A stretch of DNA of 64,000 nucleotides from an uncultured Gemmatimonadales bacterium (GCA_963730185.1 CAVSQW010000009.1:64001-128000); one strand, 5' to 3'. Shown: positions 35,581 to 45,639, numbered from the stretch's first letter. Notes: a model not told the origin generated them from the letters alone. Program-made: numbers and translations.

Positions 35581-36147
35581 TTATCCGCCCACCTCGGAGA
35601 TCATGTGGGCGGTGCGTGGCTCCGGGTCGCCGTAACGGTCCCGGGGGGTGTACCAGCGATTCCATTCCTCCCGGAGACAGAAGGGATCGGCGCCATGGGC
35701 CCGGTCGACGGCGAGGACGCCGTCGAGATGATCAATCTCGTGCTGGAGCAGCTCGGCGCGGTCGCCGGCGAGATCCACTTCGTGAGAGACCCCCTTCACG
35801 TCCTGATAGCGAACCCGCACCCGATAGGCGCGTTGAACTCGGACCAGGAGATTGGGAAACGAAAAACAGTCGTCCCAGACCGAAAAGTCCTCGGTTCCGA
35901 TGTCGACGATTTCGGGATTGATCAAGGGCCAGGGCCGCTCCATCTCCACGTAGACGACCCGGACGGGCGCCCCGATCTGGGGCGCCGCGATCGCTCGTCC
36001 GCTGCCGAACCGGGACTGCCAGTCTCGCAGGGTTTCGCGGAGATCGTCGACCACCACGCGGACGGCGGCGGACGAAGGTTTGGCGATCGGCTCGCACCTG
36101 GTTCGGAGCACGGGGTCGCCCAGCAGTCTGATCCGGTGGATGGTCAT
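35581..36147 (-). CDS. def: Peptide deformylase, atypical motifs
   Basis: GDPVLR, GRAIAAPQIG, DDCFS (for EGCLS), QHEIDHLDG. Confidence 0.88.
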   Translation of the reverse strand: MTIHRIRLLGDPVLRTRCEPIAKPSSAAVRVVVDDLRETLRDWQSRFGSGRAIAAPQIGAPVRVVYVEMERPWPLINPEIVDIGTEDFSVWDDCFSFPNLLVRVQRAYRVRVRYQDVKGVSHEVDLAGDRAELLQHEIDHLDGVLAVDRAHGADPFCLREEWNRWYTPRDRYGDPEPRTAHMISEVGG

Positions 36148-36359
36148 GGCAGGGCTAATCTCGGGTCGAATCGACCGCGGCTCAAGGGGTCCAGGCTGGA
36201 CTCGGGATCCAGATCATAAGTAGTATGTAAAGCGACTACTAAGGCGGATCCGCGACTCACCCACCCGGTCTCCGGCACCGACCCGTTGACTCCCCGCACG
36301 ACCGTAACCGACGGTATATTAGGACTTTGTAGGGCACTACTTTGAAAGGGGCTCCGCGT

Positions 36360-36389
36360 TTGACAATCCCGACTTTTTCACTTAGGATT
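36360..36389 (+). promoter_or_regulatory. suf promoter with overlapping IscR/Rrf2-like operator
   Basis: TTGACA-N17-TAGGAT; 25-bp imperfect palindrome AATCCCGACTTTTTCACTTAGGATT at 36365-36389. Confidence 0.7.
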
Positions 36390-36439
36390 CTGTCGCTGGA
36401 AGACTCGAAACGAGCCGCAGGGCGAGGAGGCGTGAGGTC

Positions 36440-37873
36440 ATGACCGATCCAGTCGAAACCCTGGTCAATCGCGAGTACAAGTGGGGTTTCGTCACCGACA
36501 TCGAGGCGGACTCCGTCCCGGCGGGACTGAACGAGGATGTCGTCCGGCTGATCTCCGCGAAGAAACGGGAGCCGGCGTTTCTGCTCGAGTGGCGGCTCAA
36601 GGCCTACCGAGGCTGGCTCAAGATGACCGAGCCGCACTGGCCCAACGTCCACTTCGATCCGATCGACTATGGGAACATGGTCTACTACGCGGCGCCCAAG
36701 ACGGTCAAGCCGCTGGGTAGCCTCGACGATATCGATCCGAAGCTCCGTGAGGCCTACGACAAGCTGGGTATTCCGCTGACCGAGCAGAAAATTCTCTCCG
36801 GGGTCGCGGTGGACGCCATCTTCGATTCGGTTTCGGTGGGGACCTCGTACAAAAAGCAGCTCGGCGAGATGGGCATCATCTTCTGCTCCTTCTCGGAGGC
36901 CGTGCATGAGCATCCGGAGCTGGTCCGGAAGTACCTGGGGTCGGTCGTGCCGGCGTCGGACAACTTTTTCGCGGCCCTCAACTCGGCCGTGTTCAGTGAT
37001 GGCTCCTTCGTGTACGTGCCGAAGGGCGTCAAGTGTCCGATGGACCTCTCCACCTATTTCCGGATCAATGCCCAGAACACGGGTCAGTTCGAGCGGACCC
37101 TGATCGTGGCGGACGAAGGCGCCTCGGTGAGCTATCTCGAGGGCTGCACGGCGCCCAAGCGGGACGAGAACCAGCTGCACGCTGCCGTGGTGGAGCTGGT
37201 GGCGCTCGACGGCGCGAGCATCAAGTACTCGACCGTGCAGAACTGGTACGCCGGCGACGACGAGGGCAAGGGCGGGATCTACAACTTCGTGACCAAGCGG
37301 GGGAAGTGTGGCCGCGGCTCGAAGATCTCCTGGACGCAGGTCGAGACCGGGTCGGCGATCACCTGGAAGTACCCGAGCGTGATCCTCCAGGGCGACGATT
37401 CGGTCGGCGAGTTCTACTCCGTCGCGGTGGCCAACGGTCGGCAGCAGGCCGATACCGGCACCAAGATGATCCACATGGGGCAGCGAACCCGGAGCACCAT
37501 CGTCTCCAAGGGTATCTCCGCGGGTCAGGGGCAGAACAGCTACCGAGGGCTGGTCCGGATGCAGGCGAAGGCGCACGGGGCCCGGAACTACACCCAGTGT
37601 GACTCGATGCTGATCGGGAATCGCTGTGGCGCGCACACCTTCCCGTACATCGAGGTGGCGAACCCCACCGCGTCGGTGGAGCACGAAGCCTCCACCTCGA
37701 AGATCGGCGAAGATCAGCTCTTCTATCTCAAACAGCGCGGACTGAATACCGAGAACGCGATCTCGATGATCGTGAACGGCTTCTGCAAGGAAGTCTTCAA
37801 GGAACTGCCGATGGAGTTCGCGGTCGAGGCCCAGAAGCTCCTGGGTATCAGCCTCGAAGGTAGCGTCGGCTGA
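36440..37873 (+). CDS. sufB: Fe-S cluster assembly protein SufB
   Basis: [44 protein letters not shown]. Confidence 0.97.
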   Translation: MTDPVETLVNREYKWGFVTDIEADSVPAGLNEDVVRLISAKKREPAFLLEWRLKAYRGWLKMTEPHWPNVHFDPIDYGNMVYYAAPKTVKPLGSLDDIDPKLREAYDKLGIPLTEQKILSGVAVDAIFDSVSVGTSYKKQLGEMGIIFCSFSEAVHEHPELVRKYLGSVVPASDNFFAALNSAVFSDGSFVYVPKGVKCPMDLSTYFRINAQNTGQFERTLIVADEGASVSYLEGCTAPKRDENQLHAAVVELVALDGASIKYSTVQNWYAGDDEGKGGIYNFVTKRGKCGRGSKISWTQVETGSAITWKYPSVILQGDDSVGEFYSVAVANGRQQADTGTKMIHMGQRTRSTIVSKGISAGQGQNSYRGLVRMQAKAHGARNYTQCDSMLIGNRCGAHTFPYIEVANPTASVEHEASTSKIGEDQLFYLKQRGLNTENAISMIVNGFCKEVFKELPMEFAVEAQKLLGISLEGSVG

Positions 37874-37922
37874 GGTCACGACGCCGCGGACCGGTCATCA
37901 CTCTCGAACCCCGAACGGACGC

Positions 37923-38681
37923 ATGCTGACGATCAAGGGCCTCCGGGCCTCCGTGGACGAGAAGGAAATCCTCAAGGGCATCGATCTCACGATCAAGGCG
38001 GGCGAGGTACACGCCCTCATGGGTCCCAACGGCTCCGGAAAGAGCACCCTGGCCCAGGTGATTGCGGGGCATCCAGCTTACCAGGTGACCGCGGGCTCGG
38101 TCGAGTTCGAGGGCCGCGACCTCCTCGACCTGGAGCCTGAAGAGCGAGCGCAGGCTGGCATCTTCCTCGCCTTCCAGTACCCGGTCGAGATCCCGGGCGT
38201 CACCAACGCCTACTTCCTCCGGTCGGCCTACAACGAAATCCGGAAGGCGCGGGGCCAAGAAGAGATGGACCCGATGGATTTTCTCGACCTTCTCGAAGAG
38301 AAGCTCAAGCTGGTCGAGTGGGGGCCCGAGCTCATGAAGCGGGCGGTCAACTCGGGGTTCTCGGGCGGCGAGAAGAAGCGGAACGAGATCCTCCAGGCGG
38401 CCGTGCTCGAGCCGAAGTTGGCGGTGCTCGACGAAACCGATTCCGGTCTGGACATCGATGCGCTCCGGATCGTCGCCAAGGGCGTCAATTCGCTGCGGGG
38501 GCCGGAGCGGGCTTTTCTGCTGGTGACCCACTATCAGCGGCTCCTCAACTACATCGTGCCCGACGTGGTGCATGTGCTGGCCGACGGACAGATCGTTCGG
38601 TCGGGTGGCAAGGAGCTGGCCCACGAGCTGGAGGCCAAGGGCTACGAGTGGCTCACCGGCGTGTCGGAGGCGGTTTCGTGA
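37923..38681 (+). CDS. sufC: Fe-S cluster assembly ATPase SufC
   Basis: MGPNGSGKST, FQYPVEIPGV, GFSGGEKKRNE, LDETDSGLDID. Confidence 0.97.
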   Translation: MLTIKGLRASVDEKEILKGIDLTIKAGEVHALMGPNGSGKSTLAQVIAGHPAYQVTAGSVEFEGRDLLDLEPEERAQAGIFLAFQYPVEIPGVTNAYFLRSAYNEIRKARGQEEMDPMDFLDLLEEKLKLVEWGPELMKRAVNSGFSGGEKKRNEILQAAVLEPKLAVLDETDSGLDIDALRIVAKGVNSLRGPERAFLLVTHYQRLLNYIVPDVVHVLADGQIVRSGGKELAHELEAKGYEWLTGVSEAVS

Positions 38682-39985
38682 GCGAGGCGCTGGTACGGCA
38701 GTTCGAGGCCTTTGCCGCCAACGGTGGTGGGGAGGGGCCGACGTGGCTCCCGCCTCGGCGGCGGGAAGCGATGGACCGCTTCCAGGCCGGCGGGGGGTTC
38801 CCGGGTCCGAAGGACGAAGAGTGGCGCTTCACTTCAGTGGCGCCCATCGCCCGAACCGAGTTCAGGCTCGAGCCCGCGGCGCGGACCCGCGTCACGGTGG
38901 CCGACCTCGAGCCGTTTCTGTTCGGCCAAGGGGATTGGCCCCGGTTGGTGTTCGTCGACGGCCGGTTCGAGCCGGATCTGTCGGTGCGTCCGACCATCGA
39001 TGGGCTCCGGGTTCGGCCGCTGACCCAGGTGTTGGCGGAAGACCCGGCTCTGCTCGAGGGTGAGCTGTTTCGGCACGCCGGACCCGGATCGACTCCGTTC
39101 GCCGCGCTGAACGGCGCCTTCGCGCGGGAGGGCGCCGTGATCGAAGTCGCGGCCGGCTCCGCGATCCCCAACCCGGTCCACCTCCTGTTCGTTACCTCCA
39201 GCGCTGCTCAGGACGTCGGGCTCCACCCCCGCGTGGTGATCCTGGTGGGCGACCGAGCGCGGGCTCAGCTGGTCGAGAGCTATCTCACGCTGGCCCCGGG
39301 CACGCGGTACCTGACCAACGCCGTGACCGACGTGGTCGTGGGGGCCGGCGCCTGGGTGGAGCACGGACGAATCCAACGGGAGAGCGAAGCGGCCTACCAC
39401 GTGGCCAGCACCCAGATCGAGCAGGCGGCCGAGAGCCACTATCGGTCGTTCTCTTTGGCCATGGGCGGGGCGATCGCTCGGCACGACCTCGGAGCCCGAC
39501 TCAATGCCCCCGAGACCGAGTCGCTGCTCTACGGACTCTACATCGGTCACGGTACCCAGCTCCTCGACAACCATACCACGATTTATCACGACCATCCCGA
39601 CTGCCGGAGCTGGGAGATCTACAAGGGGGTGCTCGACGGCCGGGCGCGAGGGGTGTTCAACGGGAAGATCTTCGTCAAGCCGGAGGCCCAGAAGACCGAC
39701 GCGAAGCAGACCAATCGCGCCCTGCTTCTGTCGGACGAGGCCTCGGTCCATACCAAGCCGCAGCTCGAGATCTTCGCGGACGACGTCAAGTGCACCCACG
39801 GCGCCGCTGTAGGCCAGATCGACGAGCAGGCCTTCTTCTACCTGCAGAGCCGCGGCATTCCTCGCGCCGCCGCCCGACGCCTGCTGACCTATGCCTTCGC
39901 TGCCGAAGTGCTGGAAGAGATCGACTCCGAGCCGGTCCGCCTCGCGCTCGAGCAGGTCGTGCACGAGCGGCTGGCGGCCGTCTGA
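38678..39985 (+). CDS. sufD: Fe-S cluster assembly protein SufD
   Basis: EEWRFT, GVFNGKIFV, KPQLEIFADDVKCTHGA, FYLQSRGI; GTGA overlap. Confidence 0.95.
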   Translation: MSEALVRQFEAFAANGGGEGPTWLPPRRREAMDRFQAGGGFPGPKDEEWRFTSVAPIARTEFRLEPAARTRVTVADLEPFLFGQGDWPRLVFVDGRFEPDLSVRPTIDGLRVRPLTQVLAEDPALLEGELFRHAGPGSTPFAALNGAFAREGAVIEVAAGSAIPNPVHLLFVTSSAAQDVGLHPRVVILVGDRARAQLVESYLTLAPGTRYLTNAVTDVVVGAGAWVEHGRIQRESEAAYHVASTQIEQAAESHYRSFSLAMGGAIARHDLGARLNAPETESLLYGLYIGHGTQLLDNHTTIYHDHPDCRSWEIYKGVLDGRARGVFNGKIFVKPEAQKTDAKQTNRALLLSDEASVHTKPQLEIFADDVKCTHGAAVGQIDEQAFFYLQSRGIPRAAARRLLTYAFAAEVLEEIDSEPVRLALEQVVHERLAAV

Positions 39986-39994
39986 GACGCACCG

Positions 39995-41257
39995 ATGACG
40001 ACGGCCCCCGCGACCCGACCCACCGACCAGCGGCCCGCCGGGTGGAATCCCGCCGCCCTCAGGGGTGCCTTTCCGATGCTGAGCCGCCGGGTGCGGGGCC
40101 GCCGGCTGGCCTACCTCGATAACGCCGCGACCGCGCTCAAACCGCGCGCGGTGATCGAGGCCATGACCCGCTACTACACGGAGTTCTCGGCCAACGTGGC
40201 GCGCGGTGTCCACACGACCAGTCAGGAAGCCACGGAGGAGTTCGAGGCGGCTCGAGCTCGGGTTGCCGCCTGGCTTGGCGCGGAGGTGGACGAGGTTGTC
40301 TTCACGGCGGGCACCACCGCAAGCCTGAACCTCGTGGCCCAGAGCTTCGGCGGCCCCCGGCTCGCGCCGGGTGACGAGATTCTGGTCACCGAGATGGAGC
40401 ACCACTCGAACTTGGTGCCCTGGCAGTTGGTCGCGGAGCGGACCGGAGCGCGGATTCGGGCGATCGCGGTCGACGGTCGCGGTGAGTTGGACCTGAGCCA
40501 GCTCGAGACGTTGCTCACCGAGCGAACCCGAATCGTGGCCTTGTGCCACGTGTCGAACGTGCTCGGCACGGTGGTACCGGTTCGGGCGGTGGCGGACCGG
40601 GCCCATGCGGTCGGAGCCGTGTGCGTGGTCGACGGAGCGCAGGGTGTTCCGCACCTCCCGGTTCGGGTCGCGGAGCTAGGCGCCGATTTCTATGCCTTTT
40701 CCGGCCATAAGATGTTCGGCCCTACCGGGGTGGGCGTCCTCTACGGTCGGCGGGCGTGGCTCGAATCGATGCCGCCCTGGCAGGGCGGTGGTGGGATGAT
40801 CGCGGCGGTGGAGATCGACCGGTCCACCTACGCGGCGCCCCCCGCTCGGTTCGAGGCCGGTACCCCGCCGATCGCCGAAGCCATTGGCCTGGCGGCGGCG
40901 ATCGACTACGTCGAGTCCTGGGACCGGACGGCCGCCCTCGGGTGGGAAGACGAGTTGGTGCGGCGAGCGACGGACCGCTTGATGGCGATTCCGGGGACGA
41001 CGGTGTTCGGGCGCAGCCCAACCAAGGTCGGAGTGATCTCGTTCACGATCGGGGGGATTCATCCGCACGACGTCGGCACCGCGTTGGACGCCGAAGGCGT
41101 GGCCGTGCGGGCTGGCCACCATTGTGCCCAGCCCCTGATGAAGCGTTTCGGGGTCGCGGCAACGGTGCGGGCGTCCTTCGCCCCGTACAACACCGACGAG
41201 GACGTGGACGCGCTGGTTGCCGGGGTCGAGCGCGCCCGCGAGCTGTTCGGCGCATGA
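39995..41257 (+). CDS. sufS: Cysteine desulfurase SufS
   Basis: YLDNAAT, MEHHSN, DGAQ, SGHKM, RAGHHCA. Confidence 0.95.
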   Translation: MTTAPATRPTDQRPAGWNPAALRGAFPMLSRRVRGRRLAYLDNAATALKPRAVIEAMTRYYTEFSANVARGVHTTSQEATEEFEAARARVAAWLGAEVDEVVFTAGTTASLNLVAQSFGGPRLAPGDEILVTEMEHHSNLVPWQLVAERTGARIRAIAVDGRGELDLSQLETLLTERTRIVALCHVSNVLGTVVPVRAVADRAHAVGAVCVVDGAQGVPHLPVRVAELGADFYAFSGHKMFGPTGVGVLYGRRAWLESMPPWQGGGGMIAAVEIDRSTYAAPPARFEAGTPPIAEAIGLAAAIDYVESWDRTAALGWEDELVRRATDRLMAIPGTTVFGRSPTKVGVISFTIGGIHPHDVGTALDAEGVAVRAGHHCAQPLMKRFGVAATVRASFAPYNTDEDVDALVAGVERARELFGA

Positions 41258-41739
41258 GCGATCTCGACGAGCTCTACCAGACTCTCATCCTGGAACACAA
41301 CCGATCGCCCCGGAATTTCCGGGAGATGGCGTCGGCCAGCGGTGAGGCCGAAGGTCGGAATCCGCTGTGCGGCGACGTGTTCACGGTAGGCCTCAAGGTC
41401 GAGGATGGGATGGTGACGGACGCGGCCTTCCTGGGGCAGGGCTGCGCGATCTCCAAGGCGTCCGCCTCGATGATGACCACGGCCATCAAAGGCAAGAGCG
41501 TCCGCGAGGCGCGCAATCTGTTCAGCCGGTTTCACGAAGTGGTGACGGGGAAGATGCCGGCGGACGAGTCGGAGCGATCCGCGGTGCGAAAGACCCTGGG
41601 ATGCCTGAGCGCTTTCAGCGGCGTGTCCGCCTTCCCGATCCGGGTCAAGTGCGCGACGCTGGCCTGGCACGCGATGATCGCCGCGCTCGACCGCGCGGCT
41701 ACCGACGGAACCGGAACCACGAGTCACGAGGAGGAGTGA
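41254..41739 (+). CDS. sufU: SUF system NifU-family sulfur acceptor SufU
   Basis: LYQTLILEH, NPLCGD, GCAISKASAS, RVKCATLAW. Confidence 0.93.
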   Translation: MSDLDELYQTLILEHNRSPRNFREMASASGEAEGRNPLCGDVFTVGLKVEDGMVTDAAFLGQGCAISKASASMMTTAIKGKSVREARNLFSRFHEVVTGKMPADESERSAVRKTLGCLSAFSGVSAFPIRVKCATLAWHAMIAALDRAATDGTGTTSHEEE

Positions 41740-41746
41740 GAGAACG

Positions 41747-42172
41747 ATGCCATACGATGAGCGATTGGTCGCCCCGATGCGGGCCGAGTTGACGCGGTTC
41801 GGCGTGAAGGAGCTGCGGACGGTAGCCGAGGTCGACGCGGTCCTCGGCGACCCGGAGGGGCTGCAGCTGGTGTTCGTCAACTCGGTGTGCGGTTGCGCCG
41901 CGGGATCGGCGCGACCGGGTCTGGCGCTGGCGCTCCAGCACGCGACCCGGCCGGCGGAGGTGTTCTCGGTCTTTGCCGGGCAGGACCTCGAGGCGACGGC
42001 GCGAGCGCGGAGCTACTTCGCGGACTACCAGCCCAGCTCCCCGTCGCTGGCGCTGCTCCAGGACGGCGAGGTGGTGTTCTTCATGCACCGTCACCAGATC
42101 GAAGGGCGAGGACCGGAGCAGATCGCCGGCGAACTCAAGGGCGCCTTCGATCAGTTCTGTGCCGCGGTCTGA
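41747..42172 (+). CDS. Bacilliredoxin (BrxA/BrxB family)
   Basis: PMRAELT, VNSVCGCAAG, FAGQD.EAT..AR, PSSPS, RHQIEG. Confidence 0.92.
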   Translation: MPYDERLVAPMRAELTRFGVKELRTVAEVDAVLGDPEGLQLVFVNSVCGCAAGSARPGLALALQHATRPAEVFSVFAGQDLEATARARSYFADYQPSSPSLALLQDGEVVFFMHRHQIEGRGPEQIAGELKGAFDQFCAAV

Positions 42173-42178
42173 TCCGCG

Positions 42179-42463
42179 ATGGGCCACGTGTTCCATCCCG
42201 GTCACGAGGAGCTCCACGGCGTGACGGTGGCCTTGGAAGGGGCCTCGGGCCGGCTGTACGTCGGCCGGTACCACGAACGGACCGCTCGTGGTGTGGTGCT
42301 CCATGACCTGGCCGTTCACGATCCCGCCACCGAGACGATGGCCCGGGGGGAGTGGATTGCCAGGCTCAGGAAATTCGGCGTCCCGGTGCAGCAGCGCACC
42401 TCGGTGATCCCGCCCGGTGAGGCTGGCTCGGTGACCCGATTCACCGAATACCAAGTCGGTTAG
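42179..42463 (+). CDS. Hypothetical protein, His-rich N-terminus, possible Sm/LSm-like fold
   Basis: MGHVFHPGHEELHGVTVALEGASGRLYVGRYHERTARGVVLHD; operonic spacing. Confidence 0.7.
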   Translation: MGHVFHPGHEELHGVTVALEGASGRLYVGRYHERTARGVVLHDLAVHDPATETMARGEWIARLRKFGVPVQQRTSVIPPGEAGSVTRFTEYQVG

Positions 42464-42472
42464 TAGTTGTTC

Positions 42473-42503
42473 AAAGGACACCGGTTGCTCAGGGGTCCTT
42501 TTT
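42473..42503 (+). terminator. Terminator of the suf-brx operon
   Basis: AAAGGAC...GTCCTTT stem ending in a T-run. Confidence 0.6.
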
Positions 42504-42516
42504 GTCGCATTGACGA

Positions 42517-42556
42517 GTAAAGGAGACTTGACATACTGATATGTGTGCTTTACAAT
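42517..42556 (+). promoter_or_regulatory. Promoter and probable XRE operator
   Basis: TTGACA(42528-33)-N17-TACAAT(42551-56); GTAAAG-N4-CTTGAC imperfect palindrome 42517-32 over the -35, plus half-site CTTTAC at the -10. Confidence 0.7.
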
Positions 42557-42584
42557 CGAATCCGGAACCTCGGTGGAGCGCCGA

Positions 42585-42980
42585 TTGAGCCCATTCTCTG
42601 ACAAGTGGTTCGCAGTGGTCGGCCTCGCTTTGCTGTCGGCGGTGCTGACGATCGGGGTGGCGTGGGTCGATCGCGTGGTGGAGCTTCCGGGAGCGGTTCA
42701 TGTCGCCTTGGTCGTGCTTCCCCTGGTGCCGTTGGTGGCGATGTTTTTCGGGATCGCTCGTTGGATCGAGGCGCTGGACGAGTTGCAGCGACTGATCCAT
42801 CTCGAGGCGTTCGTCTTCCAGTTCAGTGCCACGGGGTTGCTGGTGATTGGCTACGGAACTCTGGCGCGGGCCGGCGTGCTCCAGGACCTGCCGGTGAGCC
42901 GGGTATTTTCCGGGCTCTGGATCGCCATCTTCGTGTTCTGGGCTTTAGGACTTGCCCTGGTTCGCCGGAAGTACCGGTGA
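42585..42980 (+). CDS. Small integral membrane protein (about 4 TM)
   Basis: Hydrophobic helices, LDELQRLIHLEA motif; TTG start with GGAG SD; coupled to the XRE gene. Confidence 0.75.
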   Translation: MSPFSDKWFAVVGLALLSAVLTIGVAWVDRVVELPGAVHVALVVLPLVPLVAMFFGIARWIEALDELQRLIHLEAFVFQFSATGLLVIGYGTLARAGVLQDLPVSRVFSGLWIAIFVFWALGLALVRRKYR

Positions 42981-43213
42981 ACAACCGCCTGCGTCTGCTG
43001 CGTGCCGAACGGCGCTGGTCTCAGGCGGAGCTCGCCGATCGGCTGGGCGTCTCGCGGCAGACGGTGAACGCTATCGAAACGGGCAAGTACGACCCCAGCT
43101 TGCCGCTGGCATTCGCGATGGCCCGTCTGTTCGGGCAGCCGATCGAGGCGATTTTCGACCCCGGTTCGGGGAACGGGTCGGGACGCGACGGTCGGGATGA
43201 TGGAACTCGTTGA
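42977..43213 (+). CDS. XRE/Cro-family HTH regulator
   Basis: NRLRLLRAERRWSQAELADRLGVSRQTVNAIETGKYDPSLPLAF. Confidence 0.93.
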   Translation: MNNRLRLLRAERRWSQAELADRLGVSRQTVNAIETGKYDPSLPLAFAMARLFGQPIEAIFDPGSGNGSGRDGRDDGTR

Positions 43214-43292
43214 ATCCGGAGCCGTACTGACGGGGCCGCCGAGACGGGCGAGTCGTTGCCTCGGTCAATCTCCTCGCGCAAAAGGACACCAG

Positions 43293-44249
43293 ATGATCTC
43301 CGATGTGATTTCGGTGGAGGGCGTGACCAAGCGGTTCGCCGGCCATACCGCGGTCAAGAACCTGTCCCTGAAGGTTCCGAAGGGCGGCATCTTCGGGTTG
43401 CTCGGGCCCAACGGCGCCGGAAAGAGCACCACGATCCGGATGATGATGAACATCATCATGCCGGACGAGGGTCGAATCCAGGTGTTCGGCGAGGCGGCTG
43501 CGAGCCGGGATCTGTCCCATCGGATCGGGTATTTGCCGGAGGAGCGCGGGCTCTATCCCAAGATGCGAGTGCTCGATCAGCTGGTGTTCCTGGGTGAGGC
43601 CAAGGGGATCGCGCGGTCCAGCGCCCGGGCCAAAGCCGGTCAGTGGTTGAGTCGGCTGGGCCTCGAAGACTGGGCCGTGAAGAAGGTTCAGGACCTCTCG
43701 AAGGGCATGCAGCAGAAGGTCCAGTTCATCGGAGCCCTGCTGCACGATCCGGAGCTCGTGGTGCTGGACGAGCCGTTCAGCGGGCTCGATCCGGTGAACA
43801 GCCAGGTCATGAAAGAGGTCGTGGTCGAGATGGCCCGTCAGGGCCGGACGGTGCTGTTCTCGACCCACATCATGGAGCAGGCCGAGAAAATGTGCGACCA
43901 CATCGTGATCATCGCCCGGGGTGAGAAAGTGGTGGATGGCTCGCTGGCGGACATCAAGCACGAGTTCGGCGGGCGGCACGTCGGGCTCACCTTCACCCGG
44001 AACGCGGAGCGGGCGGCGCGGATCCTCCAGGACCGGACCCTGGTGACGCGCGTCGACGACAACGGGGCCTCGGCCGAGGTGGAGCTAGCGCCGGATGCGG
44101 ATCCAGAGCGACTGCTCGTCGGTCTGGTGCAGAACGACGTCGGTCTCTCCCGGTTCGAGGTGCAGGAGGCGTCCTTGCAGTCGATCTTCATCGCCAAGGT
44201 CGGTGCCGGCGCGACCACGGCCCCTGCGAGTGAGGTGTCGCATGCATAA
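43293..44249 (+). CDS. ABC-2 type transporter ATP-binding protein
   Basis: GPNGAGKST, GYLPEERGLY, LSKGMQQK, LDEPFSGLDPVN. Confidence 0.93.
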   Translation: MISDVISVEGVTKRFAGHTAVKNLSLKVPKGGIFGLLGPNGAGKSTTIRMMMNIIMPDEGRIQVFGEAAASRDLSHRIGYLPEERGLYPKMRVLDQLVFLGEAKGIARSSARAKAGQWLSRLGLEDWAVKKVQDLSKGMQQKVQFIGALLHDPELVVLDEPFSGLDPVNSQVMKEVVVEMARQGRTVLFSTHIMEQAEKMCDHIVIIARGEKVVDGSLADIKHEFGGRHVGLTFTRNAERAARILQDRTLVTRVDDNGASAEVELAPDADPERLLVGLVQNDVGLSRFEVQEASLQSIFIAKVGAGATTAPASEVSHA

Positions 44250-45555
44250 GGTCTTTGCGGTCATCCGGCGGGAGTACCTCGAGCGGGTCCGGACCAAAGC
44301 GTTCATCATCGGCACGCTGCTCGGGCCGGTCTTCTTCGCAGCGCTGGCGATCATTCCGGGGTTGCTCCTGAGCCGGGGGAGCGCCGGCCAGCGGATCGCC
44401 GTGGTCGACGCGACCGACGGTCAGCTGGGCGAGCAGATCGTCACGGCGTTGGCGCGGGTCAAGGTCGGGACGGGCCCGAGCGCCAAGGCGCGGTACGACG
44501 CCCAGCTCCTCAAGGCGCCTGATCGGGCGCAGGAGGTGCTCGATTCCCTGGTGCCGCACACCGGACTCTCGAAGGACGTGGCCGACGCATGGGACGGGAT
44601 CCTCGTAGTGGACGAGTCGGCGGTGGCGACGGGCAAGGTGAACTACTACGGGGCCAACGTGGGCAGCATGGAGGACATGCAGGTGCTCCGGGCATCACTG
44701 ACGCCGGTGGTGATCACGGTCCGGCTCCAGCGGGCGGGCGTCGATCCGGCGGTGGCCCTCGGGGCAACCACGCCGGTGGCACTCGAGACCCAGAAGATCT
44801 CCGACGGGAAGCTCACCGGACAGTCCGGTGGCGCGACGTTCGCCCTGGCCTACGCGATGGGGTTCATTCTGTATCTGGCACTCCTCCTCTATGGCACCCA
44901 GGTGATGACCTCCATCATCGAGGAGAAGTCGAATCGGATCATCGAGGTCCTGGTGTCGAGCCTGACGCCGTTCCAGATGATGCTCGGCAAGGTGGTGGGG
45001 GTGGGGCTGGTGAGCCTGACCCAGCTCGGCATCTGGGGGACCGCGGGGGTGTTGCTCACCACGTACAAGGGCGCGATCCTCGGTGCGCTGGGTATCGCCT
45101 CGCAAAACGCCGGCGGGTTCCAGCTTCCGACCCTTCCGATCGGGCTGGTTCTGGTGTTCCTCCTGTTCTTCGCGCTTGGCTTCCTGCTCTACAGCTCCGC
45201 GTACGCGGCGGTGGGCTCGATGTGCAACACGGTCCAGGATACCCAGCAGGCGCAGATGCCGATCATGATGTTCGTGATCGTCGGGTTCTTCTCGACCTTC
45301 GCCTTGCTCAAGGATCCGACCGGCACCTTTGCCCGGGTGGCGGGCTTCATTCCGCCGCTGGCCCCGTTCGTGATTCCGGTTCGGTACTCGCTGGCTCCGA
45401 TCCCGATCTCGGAGTTGGCGATCTCGGTGGTCCTGACGGTGCTCGGTATGCTGGCCGTGGTGTGGTTGGCTGCCCGGATCTATCGGGTCGGAATTCTGAT
45501 GTACGGCAAGCGGGCGTCCTTCCGCGACGTGATCCGCTGGGTGGGGGCCAAGTAG
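44242..45555 (+). CDS. ABC-2 type transporter permease (NatB/YhaP-like)
   Basis: REYLERVRTKAF, EEKSNRIIEVL, MLGKVVG, ARIYRVGILMYGK. Confidence 0.9.
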   Translation: MHKVFAVIRREYLERVRTKAFIIGTLLGPVFFAALAIIPGLLLSRGSAGQRIAVVDATDGQLGEQIVTALARVKVGTGPSAKARYDAQLLKAPDRAQEVLDSLVPHTGLSKDVADAWDGILVVDESAVATGKVNYYGANVGSMEDMQVLRASLTPVVITVRLQRAGVDPAVALGATTPVALETQKISDGKLTGQSGGATFALAYAMGFILYLALLLYGTQVMTSIIEEKSNRIIEVLVSSLTPFQMMLGKVVGVGLVSLTQLGIWGTAGVLLTTYKGAILGALGIASQNAGGFQLPTLPIGLVLVFLLFFALGFLLYSSAYAAVGSMCNTVQDTQQAQMPIMMFVIVGFFSTFALLKDPTGTFARVAGFIPPLAPFVIPVRYSLAPIPISELAISVVLTVLGMLAVVWLAARIYRVGILMYGKRASFRDVIRWVGAK

Positions 45556-45639
45556 CCATCGCCTGAGCGCCTCGGGCGCCGTTGTCTCGAGCCGGAGTCC
45601 GCCGTTTCGCCGGCGGCCCCCGGCTCGTAGCTTTCGGGC

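Noticed and set aside
36219..36240. AGTAGT-N10-ACTACT inverted repeat upstream of def
   Set aside because: Only 6-bp arms and no recognisable consensus; cannot be distinguished from chance
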